Shown here in pieces: positions 50,737 to 61,126 of a DNA stretch of 64,000 nucleotides (its first letter is position 1; each line of letters opens with the position of its first letter). Position numbers and translations under genes: made by a program. The stretch is from Thermoanaerobaculia bacterium. Its GTDB lineage: Bacteria; Acidobacteriota; Thermoanaerobaculia; UBA5066; Gp7-AA6. Location: assembly GCA_041912555.1 (NCBI GenBank), contig JAYRMU010000019.1, forward strand, positions 9,119-73,118, given 5' to 3'. The notes beneath the pieces were generated by a model. The model was not told the origin of the DNA, did no database searches, and saw nothing but the letters and a program-made list of their open reading frames with translations.

Positions 50737-51204
50737 TTGAGAGTGACTCGAATTCCGAGCGGCCGGATCCAATCGGTTCTTGCCGCAATCCTCGTCGGCG
50801 CGGTCGGGTCGGCGGTCGCGGCGGAAGAGCCCGCGGCCTCGCCGGCCTCGCAGATCGAACGCATGGAGCGCGCGTGGGCGCAGTGTTTCGTGACCGGCGA
50901 ACCGGGAGCCGCCCGGGATTTCATCGCCGACGACTTCGTAGGCGTTTCGTCGAAGGGCGTCCGTTACGGAAAGGCGCAGGGGCTCCAGGACATCGTCGAC
51001 AGCAAGGGCAAGTTCAAGTCGTTCGTCGTCCGCGAAATCACGGTGCGCGTCTACGGCGATGCCGCGGTGTCCCAGGGGTCGGACACGTGGGAGGCGGCCG
51101 ACGGGAGCAGGGGCTCGGCCCTCTGGACCGACACGTGGATCCGCACCGGCGGGACGTGGCGCATCGTGGCGGCGCAGGACACCCGGCCGGGAAACCAGCC
51201 CTAA
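50737..51204 (+). CDS. NTF2-like (SnoaL/DUF4440) protein with signal peptide
   Basis: Pattern …WAQCFVTGEPGAARDFIADDFVGVSSKG…GTWRIVAAQ…. Confidence 0.5.
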   Translation: MRVTRIPSGRIQSVLAAILVGAVGSAVAAEEPAASPASQIERMERAWAQCFVTGEPGAARDFIADDFVGVSSKGVRYGKAQGLQDIVDSKGKFKSFVVREITVRVYGDAAVSQGSDTWEAADGSRGSALWTDTWIRTGGTWRIVAAQDTRPGNQP

Positions 51205-51235
51205 CTCCCGTTCTCGCGCCCGGGCGCCCGGGCGA

Positions 51236-51997
51236 TCAGTTCGGGAAGCTCAGTCCGAGGGCCTTCGCCAGGAAGACGGCGATCTGCCCGCGCGTCACCG
51301 GCGCGTCCGGGCAGTAGTTCCCATCCCCGCAGCCCGACGTGATGCGCGACGCGGCGAGCGCCTCGACGAACTGGAAGAACGGGTGGGACGCCGGCACGTC
51401 GTTGAAGGTGGCCGTCGCGGGCGCGGGGCTGACCTGGAGCTGGTAGCCGACGCGGATTGCGCCGAAGCGGACGTCCGTTCCCGGAGCGGCGGAGACTTCC
51501 ACGACGTAGCTGTTGGCCTGGTTGTCCACGGTATGGTCCACCGCCACGGGAAACAGCGCGCACCCGGGCGTGTCGGCGATCCCCGTGCCCGCTCCGGGAA
51601 AGACGGGTACCGCGGCCTGCATCGGGACGGGATGCCGCGTCAGGGCGAAGGAGACTTTCGATGCCGGGTCCTCGTCGCACGCCTCGAGCTCGATCTGCGT
51701 GATGCGCGAGCCCGACGGCAGCGCCAGTCCGGCGAGCCAGATGCAGGGAGGGTTGCCCGCGCAGCTTCTCGCGGCTTCCGCGTCGAGGGAGTTCTCGGTT
51801 CCCTCCACGAGCTGGAAGGTGACGGCCGGCAGGGTCAGGATGGACGTGGAGGACGTCCCGAAGAGCGGATGGACGGCGGCGCGCCCGGTCGAGGCGCCCT
51901 CCCGCGGATCCAGACTCTGGGCGCGGGCGGCGGCGGCCATCGCCACCAGCGCGGCGATCGAGAGAACGAGAAGGCGACCCGTTCGCGCGGAACGCAT
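51236..51997 (-). CDS. secreted SLH-domain protein, paralogue 3
   Basis: Signal peptide, homologous N-domain, and C-terminus FNDVPASHPFFQFVEALAASRITSGCGDGNYCPDAPVTRGQIAVFLAKALGL. Confidence 0.65.
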   Translation of the reverse strand: MRSARTGRLLVLSIAALVAMAAAARAQSLDPREGASTGRAAVHPLFGTSSTSILTLPAVTFQLVEGTENSLDAEAARSCAGNPPCIWLAGLALPSGSRITQIELEACDEDPASKVSFALTRHPVPMQAAVPVFPGAGTGIADTPGCALFPVAVDHTVDNQANSYVVEVSAAPGTDVRFGAIRVGYQLQVSPAPATATFNDVPASHPFFQFVEALAASRITSGCGDGNYCPDAPVTRGQIAVFLAKALGLSFPN

Positions 51998-52280
51998 TGG
52001 AATCCCCCTTGCGGGCGGCAGAGTATCGGCAAGCCGTCCGTTTGCCGCGCCCCTCACGAATCGCTAATAGTCGGGCGGGGCGCCACCGTGCCACCCGGGG
52101 CCGACGGGCCCACCCGGCGGGGATATGCTGCGAGGCGAGGCGAGGCGAGTCCCCGTCCGGGACCTTGGGCCCACCGCCGGCGTCCCGACCGTCCGTGCGC
52201 AATCGCTCCGGGGGCGACGACGAAGCACGCGTTCCGTCGCGAGGAGCGGCCGATACCGCTCGAAACGAGAGGAGAAGCCC

Positions 52281-52922
52281 ATGAAGCCCGTTTCGACCCC
52301 AGACCTGAAGCTGGAGGCCGTGGTCATTCCCGTCGCGGACGTGGGGCGCGCGAAGGCGTTCTACGAGAAGCTCGGGTGGCGGCTGGACGCCGACTTCCCG
52401 TTCGACAACGGCTTCCGGGTCGTCCAGTTCACGCCTCCCGGCTCCGGTTGCTCGATCCAGTTCGGAACGAAGATCACGTCCGCCGAGCCGGGCTCGGCAC
52501 AGGGTCTCTACCTCGTCGTCTCCGACATCGAGGCCGCGCGCGCGGAGCTCGCGGGACGGGGCGTCGACGTCAGCGAGGTGTTCCACGCCGGGGCGCCCGG
52601 CGCCCAGTTCCGGCCCGCCGGCGCGAGCGGACGCGTCCGCGGGCCCGCGGCCGATCGCGCCACCTACGGCTCTTTCGCCACCTTCAACGACGTGGACGGC
52701 AACGGCTGGCTCCTGCAGGAGGTCACGAAGCGGCTGCCCGGCCGGATCGACGCCGCGCAGACGTCCTTCGCCTCGGCGGCGGACCTCGCCGGCGCGTTCC
52801 GGCGCGCGGAGGCTGCCCACGGGGAGCACGAGAAGCGCACGGGGCAGCGCGACGCCAACTGGGCCGACTGGTACGCCGCGTACATGGTGGCGGAGCAGGC
52901 CGGCACGGAGTTGCCGTCGTGA
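52281..52922 (+). CDS. VOC family (glyoxalase-like) protein with C-terminal extension
   Basis: N-terminal VOC pattern (AVVIPVADVGRAKAFYEKLGW…). Confidence 0.55.
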   Translation: MKPVSTPDLKLEAVVIPVADVGRAKAFYEKLGWRLDADFPFDNGFRVVQFTPPGSGCSIQFGTKITSAEPGSAQGLYLVVSDIEAARAELAGRGVDVSEVFHAGAPGAQFRPAGASGRVRGPAADRATYGSFATFNDVDGNGWLLQEVTKRLPGRIDAAQTSFASAADLAGAFRRAEAAHGEHEKRTGQRDANWADWYAAYMVAEQAGTELPS

Positions 52923-52952
52923 GCGGGGAGCCGCGGTCCGGGCGACCGGGCG

Positions 52953-54044
52953 TCAGGAGCGGCGGACGCCGAGCCCCGGGAAACCGCGGACGTACTGGAC
53001 CGGGATCGGAGCGCGATTCTCGCACCCCAGGTCGCGTGCCGCGTGGATCGGCCAGTACGGGTCGCGCAACTCGGCGCGCGCGAGCAGGACGAGGTCGGCC
53101 TGGCCGTTGCGCACGATCTGGTCGGCCTGCATCGGGTCGGTGATCATGCCGACGGCCGCCGTGGCGACGCCGGCGCCGCGCCGGACGGCCTCCGAGAACG
53201 GAACCTGGTAACCGGCGCCCGACGGGATCTTCGCGCCGGCCACGTTACCGCCCGAGCTGCAATCGACGAGATCGGCGCCCTCCTGGCGGAGCCGGCGCGC
53301 GAGGGACACGGTGTCCTCGACGGTCCAGCCGCCCTCCGTCCAGTCGGTGCACGACACGCGCACCGCGACCGGAAGCCGTTCCGGCCATTCGGAGCGCACG
53401 GCGCGGAGGGCTTCGAGGGTGAAGCGGACCCGGTTGTCGAACGACCCGCCGTACGCGTCGTCGCGGAAGTTCGAGAGCGGGGAATAGAAGTTGTGGCAGA
53501 GATAACCATGCGCGGCGTGCAGCTCGACCCAGGTGAACCCCGCCTCGCGCGCCCGGGCTGCGCCGGCGCGGAACGCGGCGAGCGCGGCCGCGATGTCCGC
53601 CTCCGTCATCGCCGCCGGAACTCGCCATCCGTCCCGGAACGCGACCGCGCTCGGGCCGATCACCGGCCAGCCGCCCTCCGCGTCCGCGAGCGGACGGTCG
53701 CCCTCCCAAGGCCGCGCGGTGCTCGCCTTGCGTCCGGCGTGGGCGAGCTGGATCCCCGCGGCGGCGCCCTGCGCCGCGACGAAACGGGCCACGCGCGCGA
53801 GCGGCTCGACGTGCGCGTCGGACCAGATGCCCATGTCCTGCGGGGAGATGCGCCCGCGGGCCTCGACGGCCGTCGCTTCCACGACCACCAGGCCCGCCCC
53901 GCCGACGGCGCGCGAGCCGAGGTGCACGAGATGCCAGTCGTTCGCGAGGCCGTCGTCGGAGCTGTACTGGCACATCGGGGAGACGCCGACGCGGTTGCGG
54001 AGGGTGACGTCGCGGAGCGCGAGCGGATCGAAGAGGGTGGGCAC
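52953..54044 (-). CDS. namA: NADH:flavin oxidoreductase, Old Yellow Enzyme family
   Basis: OYE motifs (…VSPMCQYS…, HAAHGYL…, RVSCTDW…). Confidence 0.8.
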   Translation of the reverse strand: MPTLFDPLALRDVTLRNRVGVSPMCQYSSDDGLANDWHLVHLGSRAVGGAGLVVVEATAVEARGRISPQDMGIWSDAHVEPLARVARFVAAQGAAAGIQLAHAGRKASTARPWEGDRPLADAEGGWPVIGPSAVAFRDGWRVPAAMTEADIAAALAAFRAGAARAREAGFTWVELHAAHGYLCHNFYSPLSNFRDDAYGGSFDNRVRFTLEALRAVRSEWPERLPVAVRVSCTDWTEGGWTVEDTVSLARRLRQEGADLVDCSSGGNVAGAKIPSGAGYQVPFSEAVRRGAGVATAAVGMITDPMQADQIVRNGQADLVLLARAELRDPYWPIHAARDLGCENRAPIPVQYVRGFPGLGVRRS

Positions 54045-54277
54045 GCACGGAGCTTAACCCGCGGCGCTTTCGGCCGGATTCGCCCCTCCGGCGCGGGCCT
54101 GGGGTTCCGGAGGGCATCTTCCGCGACTCGTCGAGTCAAGGAGTTGGACACGAGAGGCTGGACCCCGCCTCCGGACGTCCGAGGGCGGGGCGGACTGGCG
54201 CCTCGGACGGAGGCTCGGGCTCGTGCGACGAAAGCGATCGTCGCGGGCTGTTAGTGTTAGGCCGTCGCGAGAGACGC

Positions 54278-55600
54278 ATGACGCTCGAGGAACACCGTCG
54301 GCAGGGGATCTTCGGCCCCGGGGAAGTTCGACCCGAGGCGATCCGGTTCGTCAGCGAGCTCACGCATTCCACGGTCGCGCTCGTTCTCGCCGGGGGTCGC
54401 GGCACGCGGCTGCGGCAACTCACCTCCTGGCGCTGCAAGCCGGCGGTGCCCTTCGGCGGCAAGTTCCGGATCATCGACTTCACGCTCTCCAACTGCGTCA
54501 ATTCCGGCATTCGCCGCATCGGGGTGGCCACGCAGTACAAGGCGAACAGCCTGATTCGCCACATCCAGAGAGGATGGAGCTTCCTCGACGGCCGCTTCGA
54601 GGAGTTCATCGAGCTGCTGCCCGCGCAGCAGCAGGTGACCGAAGCCTGGTACAGCGGCACCGCCGACGCCGTCTTCCAGAATCTCTCCGTGCTGCACCGG
54701 CATTCGGCCAAGCACGTGCTGGTCCTGGCCGGCGACCACGTCTACAAGATGGACTACGGCCGGATGCTCGCCTCCCACGTCGCGCGCGGCGCGGACCTCA
54801 CGGTGGGGTGCGCGGAGGTGCCGCTCGCGGAGGCCGGCTCGTTCGGCGTGATGGGCGTCGACGGGGAGGGGCGGGTCACGAGCTTCGAGGAGAAGCCCGC
54901 GCGGGCGCAGCCGATCCCCGGCCAGCCCGAGCGGGCGCTCGCGAGCATGGGCATCTACGTGTTCAATGCCGCGTTCCTGAACGAGGAGCTGATCCGCGAC
55001 GCCGCCGACCCCGCCTCCTCGCACGACTTCGGCAAGGACGTCATTCCGCACGTCATCGCCCGGCATCGCGTCTTCGCGCACAGCCTGGCGGACAGCTGCA
55101 TCGGCGTGGCGCCGGGAGGCGCGCCGTACTGGCGCGACGTCGGCACCATCGACGCCTACTGGCAGGCCAACATCGAGCTCACGAGGGTGGTGCCGGAGCT
55201 CAACCTGTACGACAGCACCTGGCCGATCTGGACTTACCAGGAGCAGATGCCTCCCGCGAAGTTCGTGTTCGACGACGACGACCGGCGGGGAATGGCGGTC
55301 GACTCCCTGGTCTCGGGCGGATGCGTCATCAGCGGCGCGACGGTGCGCCGTTCGCTCCTCTTCACCGACGTGCGGATCGAGTCCCGCAGCCTGGTCGAGG
55401 ACTCGGTGGTGCTGCCCAACGTCCGGCTCGGAAGGAACGTGGTGCTCCGGCGCGTCGTCGTGGACCGCGGCTGCGAGATCGAGGACGGCCTGGAGATCGG
55501 GGTCGACGCCGAGCTCGACCGGCGGCGCTTTCACGTGACCGAAAGCGGCATCACGCTGGTGACGCCGGAGATGCTCGGGCAGAGCGTCCACGCGGTGTGA
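54278..55600 (+). CDS. glgC: glucose-1-phosphate adenylyltransferase
   Basis: LAGGRGTRL…PAVPFGGK…RIIDF, and a left-handed beta-helix C-terminus. Confidence 0.85.
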   Translation: MTLEEHRRQGIFGPGEVRPEAIRFVSELTHSTVALVLAGGRGTRLRQLTSWRCKPAVPFGGKFRIIDFTLSNCVNSGIRRIGVATQYKANSLIRHIQRGWSFLDGRFEEFIELLPAQQQVTEAWYSGTADAVFQNLSVLHRHSAKHVLVLAGDHVYKMDYGRMLASHVARGADLTVGCAEVPLAEAGSFGVMGVDGEGRVTSFEEKPARAQPIPGQPERALASMGIYVFNAAFLNEELIRDAADPASSHDFGKDVIPHVIARHRVFAHSLADSCIGVAPGGAPYWRDVGTIDAYWQANIELTRVVPELNLYDSTWPIWTYQEQMPPAKFVFDDDDRRGMAVDSLVSGGCVISGATVRRSLLFTDVRIESRSLVEDSVVLPNVRLGRNVVLRRVVVDRGCEIEDGLEIGVDAELDRRRFHVTESGITLVTPEMLGQSVHAV

Positions 55601-55651
55601 CGGGGCCGCGGCGCTCCGAACGCCGCCCGCGCCCGGCCCCGTTGCGGTCTT

Positions 55652-56488
55652 CTAGAAGGCGCTCGTGTCGGCGAACGACGTCAGGGCGCCCTGCGGGTTG
55701 TCGTACGTCCGATACCGGCCGTCGGACTTGTCGTTGACCGTGATCGTATATCGCACGTCCGAGAGCGCGCCGTAGAAGACCCAGAAGTGGCCGTTGATGC
55801 CGCGCCCGTCGAGGACCTTGACGACGAGCTCGACGTTGGCGGCGTCGAAGAACCAGAAGTAGCCGGTGTCGTCGCTCAGGACCACGGCCTGCCCCGACCC
55901 GGTGCGGCCGTCGCTGGTGGCCCAGGCGACGGAGACGCCGAACCGCGAGGACAGGAGGCAGAGCGAGGTCGTCGTGGAGCACGAGCCCGGAGGAGGCGCG
56001 GCGGTTCCCTGGAGAGAGAGCGTGTAGCCTCCGGTGATCTGGGGAAACAGGCTCGTCACGGCGATGACCCAGGTGCCCGTGGACGTCAGCGTGAACGCGA
56101 TGTGGGAGTCGGTGCCGCTGCCGTAGTCGTCGTTCTGGGCGGCCACGGCGGCCGTCGAGTCCTGGAGACCCAGGTAGGTGTCGAAGTCGCCGGACCCGAG
56201 GTCGATGATCACGAGGTCGCCCGTGGCGCCCTGGAACTGCCAGTAGTCCACGTAGCTGCTGTCGCTCGGGAGGAGACAGTCGGTCGTCGTCAGCGCGCCC
56301 GTGACGGTCTGGCCGTAGGCGATCTGTCCGGCCGGGACGCACTGCGTGCCGGGCCGCATCGGCGCGGAGCGCTGACGGAGGAAGGCGATTTCCTTCGCCC
56401 CGGCCAGCGTCCGCTTGTCGGCCATGGGACGTCCGATCGCCGCCGCCGCCAGGAAGAACAGGGTCAGCGCCGCCGCTGCGCGTTTCAT
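55652..56488 (-). CDS. secreted protein with PPC (pre-peptidase C-terminal) domain and the same unknown ~110-aa C-terminal domain as 23100-24479
   Basis: Signal peptide. PPC pattern (DYWQFQGATGDLVIIDL…FDTYLGL…NDDYG…GTDSHIAFTLTSTGTWVIAVTS). C-terminus …DTGYFWFFDAANVE…NPQG…. Confidence 0.6.
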   Translation of the reverse strand: MKRAAAALTLFFLAAAAIGRPMADKRTLAGAKEIAFLRQRSAPMRPGTQCVPAGQIAYGQTVTGALTTTDCLLPSDSSYVDYWQFQGATGDLVIIDLGSGDFDTYLGLQDSTAAVAAQNDDYGSGTDSHIAFTLTSTGTWVIAVTSLFPQITGGYTLSLQGTAAPPPGSCSTTTSLCLLSSRFGVSVAWATSDGRTGSGQAVVLSDDTGYFWFFDAANVELVVKVLDGRGINGHFWVFYGALSDVRYTITVNDKSDGRYRTYDNPQGALTSFADTSAF

Positions 56489-56605
56489 GTCCGGCCTCCT
56501 TCGGGCCCGGGGCGGAGTCCGCGGCCCGGGCGCGTCTCCAGTAGGCCAGCAACTCCCGCGCGCCGCAAGCACTTTTCGCGGCGCGCGGGAGCGGCGCCCG
56601 GGCGC

Positions 56606-57106
56606 TCAGGCGAAGGGATTCTCGTCCGCGCTCGGGCCGTAGATCGAGGGAACCGCGACGCCGAGCTCGCGCAGGTACGCGGTCAGCTGGCCGCGGTGGT
56701 GATACCAGTGGTTGAGCATGATCGACCGCAGAAACGCGGCGCGAGGAAGCGCGAGCAGCTCGCGATCCCCCTGCATCAGCCGCCACGTGGCCGTGAGCGC
56801 GGCGTCGTCCATTCCTCCGAGGACGCGCTTCGCCCTCGCGACGCTCTCCTCGAGGGCGGGGAGCAGCTCCGCGGCGCTCTTCGGGCTGGGATCGGGAAAC
56901 TGCGGAACCTGGGCGGGGGAGGGCGACGCGGAAAGCTCGGCGACGGCGCCGGGCACGGTGGCCACGTGCAGGGCGAGCTGTCCGAGAGATCGCGCCTTCT
57001 CCTGCGGGCGCCAATCCAGCCGGTGGGCGGGCACGCGCTCGAGGACGCGGCGCGTCGTCTGCGTTTCCTGGTCGAGCTCCTGGAGCATTCCGTCGATCAT
57101 GGCCAT
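56606..57106 (-). CDS. DinB-family (DinB_2) four-helix-bundle protein
   Basis: Has a conserved His triad pattern (H…HHxxH: LALHVAT…NHWYHHRGQ). Confidence 0.55.
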   Translation of the reverse strand: MAMIDGMLQELDQETQTTRRVLERVPAHRLDWRPQEKARSLGQLALHVATVPGAVAELSASPSPAQVPQFPDPSPKSAAELLPALEESVARAKRVLGGMDDAALTATWRLMQGDRELLALPRAAFLRSIMLNHWYHHRGQLTAYLRELGVAVPSIYGPSADENPFA

Positions 57107-57139
57107 GGTTCTTTCTCCTCGAGGTCCCCGGGGACCTGG

Positions 57140-57595
57140 TTACGGTTTTTCGACGCGCCGGCGAAGCCGGGCGAACAGGAGCGTCCAGCCCTGCGACAGC
57201 GCGTCGCGATAGCCCTCCGGAAAGAGCCCGAGGGCCGTGTGGCGCAGCGTGATGAGCGTCCCGCCGTCGACCTCCTTGAGCCGGTACTGGACGTTGGACG
57301 CCACGGCGAACGACATCATGAGCGGCCCCGTGATCTCGAGCAGGGTGGGCCGCTTGATGGCCTGGACGTGGCCCCAGAGGTGCCCGTTCCGGGCGCCGAG
57401 GTCGCGGAACCAGCGGCCGCCGGGCCACGGCTCGAGGACCATCGGCATGGGCGCGCCCTTCTCGCCCTCGTTGGAGGGTCCCATTTCCTCGAGCAGCGCG
57501 GCGAAGGCCGTGTCGAGGGGCGCGCGGACGTGGATTTCTTCGGTGACGGTGAGCGACAGGTCGTCGATGGCGGGGGCGATCGCGGTCATGGCTGC
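57140..57595 (-). CDS. SRPBCC / AHSA1-domain protein
   Basis: Typical ~150-aa Aha1-like pattern. Partner of the ArsR gene upstream. Confidence 0.55.
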   Translation of the reverse strand, partial: AAMTAIAPAIDDLSLTVTEEIHVRAPLDTAFAALLEEMGPSNEGEKGAPMPMVLEPWPGGRWFRDLGARNGHLWGHVQAIKRPTLLEITGPLMMSFAVASNVQYRLKEVDGGTLITLRHTALGLFPEGYRDALSQGWTLLFARLRRRVEKP

Positions 57596-57948
57596 CTCCT
57601 CGGTATCCTGGTTTCTTCGCTGCGTTTCGATTCCCGCTCCGCGCGCTCCTTCACGCGCAGGAGCTGATGGCGCCAGTAACGTTCGAACCGGGTCGTCCAT
57701 TCGTGGAGCGGCCGGAGGGCATCCGCGTTGGTGCGGTAGAAGATCTGTCGCCCGTCCCGGCGCTGTTCCACGAGCCCGACGTCGCGCAGCACCTTGAGGT
57801 GCTTGGACACCGAAGGCTGCGCCAGGCGCAGCTCGACGACGATGTCGCCGACGGACCGCTCGCGGGGCGCGAGGTAATCGAGGATGTCGCGGCGGCGCGG
57901 CTGCGCGATCGCGGTGAAGGGGTCCGACGTGGCGGCGGCGGGCGGCAT
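57586..57948 (-). CDS. ArsR/SmtB family transcriptional regulator
   Basis: wHTH (…ILDYLAPRERSVGDIVVELRLAQPSVSKHLKVLRDVGLVEQRRDGRQIFYR…). Confidence 0.8.
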   Translation of the reverse strand: MPPAAATSDPFTAIAQPRRRDILDYLAPRERSVGDIVVELRLAQPSVSKHLKVLRDVGLVEQRRDGRQIFYRTNADALRPLHEWTTRFERYWRHQLLRVKERAERESKRSEETRIPRRQP

Positions 57949-58112
57949 GGGGAGATAATATTCCTATATAGGAATATGTCAAGCCCGCCCGGGCGGCGCG
58001 CGGCGGTAGGATCGCCCGCGCGGCGGGAAATCTTTTGGGGCGCCGCGCGGTAAGAGGAGAGAGGGGGGCGACGCGGGCTCCGGCCGCGGGGCGCTCCGAA
58101 TCGGAGGACACG

Positions 58113-59090
58113 ATGCGCCTGACGCGCCCGGCCGCGGGGGTCCGACGGCCGCCGATCTTTCGCCTGGTCCTCGCGGCGTCCGCCATGCTCGCCGCGGGTC
58201 CGATGCTCGCCCGGCCCCAGGGAAAGGAGAGCCCCGTGGAACACCCGACGTTCTATCGCACGATCCAGGTCGACGGCCTCTCCCTCTTCTACCGCGAAGC
58301 CGGCCCCCGGGACGCGCCGACGATCCTCCTGCTGCATGGGCTGCCGTCCTCGTCGCGGATGTTCGAGCCCCTCTTCGCCCGGCTGTCGGACCGGTACCAC
58401 CTCGTGGCGCCCGACTACCCGGGCTTCGGACACAGCGACTGGCCCGACCCCGGGAAGTTCCCGTACACGTTCGACCGGTACGCGGAGATCCTGAACCACT
58501 TCACCGAGGCGCTCGGGCTCTCGCGCTACACGCTCTACATGCAGGACTACGGCGGTCCGGTGGGGTTCCGGATGGCCCTCGCCCACCCGGACCGGATCGA
58601 GGCCCTCATCGTCCAGGACGCCGTGGCGCACGACGAGGGGCTCGGGGCGAACTGGAAGACGAGGCGGGCCTTCTGGGCCGACCGGGCCGCCAACGAGAGC
58701 GCCCTTCGCGCGAATCTCCTGTCCCTGCAGACGGCCCGGACGCGCCACGTCGGGAGCGATCCCGCCGTGGAGCGCTATGACCCGGATCTCTGGACCGATG
58801 AATTCGCTTTTCTCAGCCAGCCGGGCCAGGCCGACATTCAGAGCGACCTCTTCTACGACTACCGCACGAACGTCGAGGCCTACCCGAAGTGGCAGGCCTG
58901 GATGCGAAAGACCCAGCCTCGCCTTCTCGTCCTCTGGGGCAGGTACGACCTGTCGTTCGAGCTGACCGAGCCGGAAGCGTATCGACGCGACGTGCCGAAG
59001 GCGGAGGTCCACGTCCTCGACGCGGGCCACTTCGCGCTCGATACCGCGGCGGACGAGATCGCCCGGCTCGTCCGGGCCTTCCTGAAGTAG
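58113..59090 (+). CDS. secreted alpha/beta hydrolase, epoxide-hydrolase / haloalkane-dehalogenase type
   Basis: Signal peptide. HGLP oxyanion motif, Asp nucleophile elbow MQDYGG, and a C-terminal His (…DAGHFA…). Confidence 0.7.
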   Translation: MRLTRPAAGVRRPPIFRLVLAASAMLAAGPMLARPQGKESPVEHPTFYRTIQVDGLSLFYREAGPRDAPTILLLHGLPSSSRMFEPLFARLSDRYHLVAPDYPGFGHSDWPDPGKFPYTFDRYAEILNHFTEALGLSRYTLYMQDYGGPVGFRMALAHPDRIEALIVQDAVAHDEGLGANWKTRRAFWADRAANESALRANLLSLQTARTRHVGSDPAVERYDPDLWTDEFAFLSQPGQADIQSDLFYDYRTNVEAYPKWQAWMRKTQPRLLVLWGRYDLSFELTEPEAYRRDVPKAEVHVLDAGHFALDTAADEIARLVRAFLK

Positions 59091-59195
59091 CGGCGGCCGG
59101 ATCCCGGCTCCGCCGGGCTGGTACGCGGAGTGCATGGCGCAGGGGCAGGCCGGGCAACGGCGCGGCGGCGTTTCCGACGGAGGTAGAGTTCCGTG

Positions 59196-59702
59196 ATGGC
59201 CAAGAAGCAGAGCCCCGGAAAGAGGAAGCCCGCGGGAGCGAAGAAGAGCGCGCCCCGGAAGAAGGCGACGCGCAGGAAGCCGGTGGCCAGGAAGAAGCCG
59301 GCGGCCAGGAAGCCGGCGGCCAGGAAGAGGGCGCCCAGGAAGGCGGCGCCCCGGAAGGTGGCGCGCAAGCCGGTCGCCCGCAGGAAGGCGCCGCGGGGGA
59401 GCGCGGCACGTCGGGGAGCGGCTCCGCGATCCGCCGGACGGATGGGCTCCGCGATTCCGACCCGCTCGACGACGCGCGGACTGGGCCCGGAGGCGGGCGG
59501 ACAGTCCGGCGACATCGAGGGGCTCTCCCGGGCGGAGATGGCCGACTCGGAGAGCGTCGAGGAGCTGGTCGAGGAGGGTCAGGCGTTCGAGGCGGGAATC
59601 GTCGACGGAGTGGAGAACGCTCCCGACGCCGACGAGGGCGGAGTCCGCACGCGCCAGGTTCCCGAGGACGACGTTCCCCAGGAGTATCTGGACGAGGACT
59701 GA
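59196..59702 (+). CDS. histone H1-like basic protein (K/R/A/P-rich repeats) with acidic C-terminal tail
   Basis: About 85 aa of KKPAARK-type repeats, followed by a Glu/Asp-rich tail. Confidence 0.5.
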   Translation: MAKKQSPGKRKPAGAKKSAPRKKATRRKPVARKKPAARKPAARKRAPRKAAPRKVARKPVARRKAPRGSAARRGAAPRSAGRMGSAIPTRSTTRGLGPEAGGQSGDIEGLSRAEMADSESVEELVEEGQAFEAGIVDGVENAPDADEGGVRTRQVPEDDVPQEYLDED

Positions 59703-59777
59703 GCGGGCGGGGCCGATCGGGCGCGCCCTCGGGAGGCGCCGGTTCGCGCATCCCCCGCGCGCCGTGGAGGAGAACCG

Positions 59778-60410
59778 ATGAGCGAAGCCGGGACGAAGCC
59801 GCGCCTGCCCCCGGGGCAGGTCCTCACGCAGAAGTGGCCGGTCCTGACGTACGGCGACACGCCGCGCGTCGACCTGGAAACGTGGACCTTTCGGTGCTCC
59901 GGCCTCGTCGCGGACGAGGTCTCCTGGACCTGGAAGGAGTTCCTCGCGCTGCCGCGGATCACGGTCACCTCCGACATCCACTGCGTGACGCGCTGGAGCC
60001 GGTACGACAACCGATGGGAGGGCATCGCCGTCTCGGAAATCCTCCGCCGCGTGAAGGTCCTCCCGCAGGCGGTCGCGGTGATGGCCCACACGCAGGAGGG
60101 CTACACGACCAACATCGCCCTCGCGGACCTCGCCGCCCCGGACGCCCTGCTCGCTCTCCGGCACGACGGCCGGGACCTGGCGCCCGAGCACGGGGGCCCC
60201 TGCCGCCTCGTGGTGCCGCAGCTCTATCTCTGGAAGAGCGCCAAGTGGATCCGCGGCTTCGAGTTTCTCGACGTCAACGCGCCGGGGTTCTGGGAAGTCA
60301 ACGGCTACCACCTTCACGCGGATCCGTGGAAGGACGAGCGCTTCTCCGACCAGGAGACGGACGCCATGCAGCGGATGCGCTCGGAGGCGGCCCGGCGCCG
60401 CCGGCCCTGA
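59778..60410 (+). CDS. sulfite-oxidase-like molybdopterin-binding oxidoreductase (MsrP/YedY family)
   Basis: Mo-cofactor-binding Cys region (…DIHCVTRWSRYDNRWEG…) and dimerisation-less short form. Confidence 0.65.
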   Translation: MSEAGTKPRLPPGQVLTQKWPVLTYGDTPRVDLETWTFRCSGLVADEVSWTWKEFLALPRITVTSDIHCVTRWSRYDNRWEGIAVSEILRRVKVLPQAVAVMAHTQEGYTTNIALADLAAPDALLALRHDGRDLAPEHGGPCRLVVPQLYLWKSAKWIRGFEFLDVNAPGFWEVNGYHLHADPWKDERFSDQETDAMQRMRSEAARRRRP

Positions 60411-60461
60411 GGAGATCGCCCCGAGCGCGCCGGGAGGCCCGCGCGAGGGAGGAGCCGGCGG

Positions 60462-61112
60462 TCAGCGGGAGCTCGCCGGGCCTCCGCGGAACACGGCGTG
60501 AAACAGCTCGTCCATGCGCTCCGGCGTGTGCGGCGCGGCCGCGTCCACCCACCAGCGAAGCATCGCGAACAACGCGCCCGAGAGGGCGCGCGCCTGCACG
60601 GCCACGGGCGCCGACGTCGGCAGGGATCCCCGGGCCGCCAGCCGCCGCTCGATCGCTCCGCTGAGGCTGTCGGCGCCCGCCCAGTAGAGGCGGTCCAGCA
60701 TGTGCGCGCGGGACAGCGCCCGATGGAATTTCACGGACGCGCCGACGTGACGAAAGAGCTCCGCCACCGGCGCCACCCGGTCTCCGGGGCCATCGCCGAG
60801 CGAGCGATCCATCATGTCGAGCATGGCGGCGAAGCTCGTCAGGAGCAGGTCGTCCTTGCCGCGGTAATGCGCGTAGAAGGTGGAGCGGCCGACGTCGGCG
60901 CGGTCGAGCAGGTCCTGGACCGTGATCGACGCATAGCGTTTCGCGACCACGAGATCGACGAGAGCCTGGACGAGGGCCCGTTGCGTCCGGCGGACACGCC
61001 GGTCCGCCGTCCCCCGCCGTGCGGGAGCCTCTCGTTTTCGAACAGGGGGGGCGGTTTCGTTCCGTTGCGAACGGGGGCGCCCCCCTTGTCCGTTGATCCC
61101 GCCTCGCGTCAT
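60462..61112 (-). CDS. TetR/AcrR family transcriptional regulator
   Basis: N-terminal HTH RTQRALVQALVDLVVAKRYASITVQDLLDRADVGRSTFYAHY. Confidence 0.75.
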   Translation of the reverse strand: MTRGGINGQGGRPRSQRNETAPPVRKREAPARRGTADRRVRRTQRALVQALVDLVVAKRYASITVQDLLDRADVGRSTFYAHYRGKDDLLLTSFAAMLDMMDRSLGDGPGDRVAPVAELFRHVGASVKFHRALSRAHMLDRLYWAGADSLSGAIERRLAARGSLPTSAPVAVQARALSGALFAMLRWWVDAAAPHTPERMDELFHAVFRGGPASSR

Positions 61113-61126
61113 CGGCACACTGCGCC

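Noticed and set aside
51059-60664. ORFs 51059-53143, 51201-52829, 53043-54254, 54257-55591, 55551-57428, 55787-57667, 57651-60317, 58889-60664
   Set aside because: These are high-GC frame artefacts overlapping the SLH paralogue, namA, glgC, the PPC protein, DinB, ArsR, the hydrolase and the histone-like gene.
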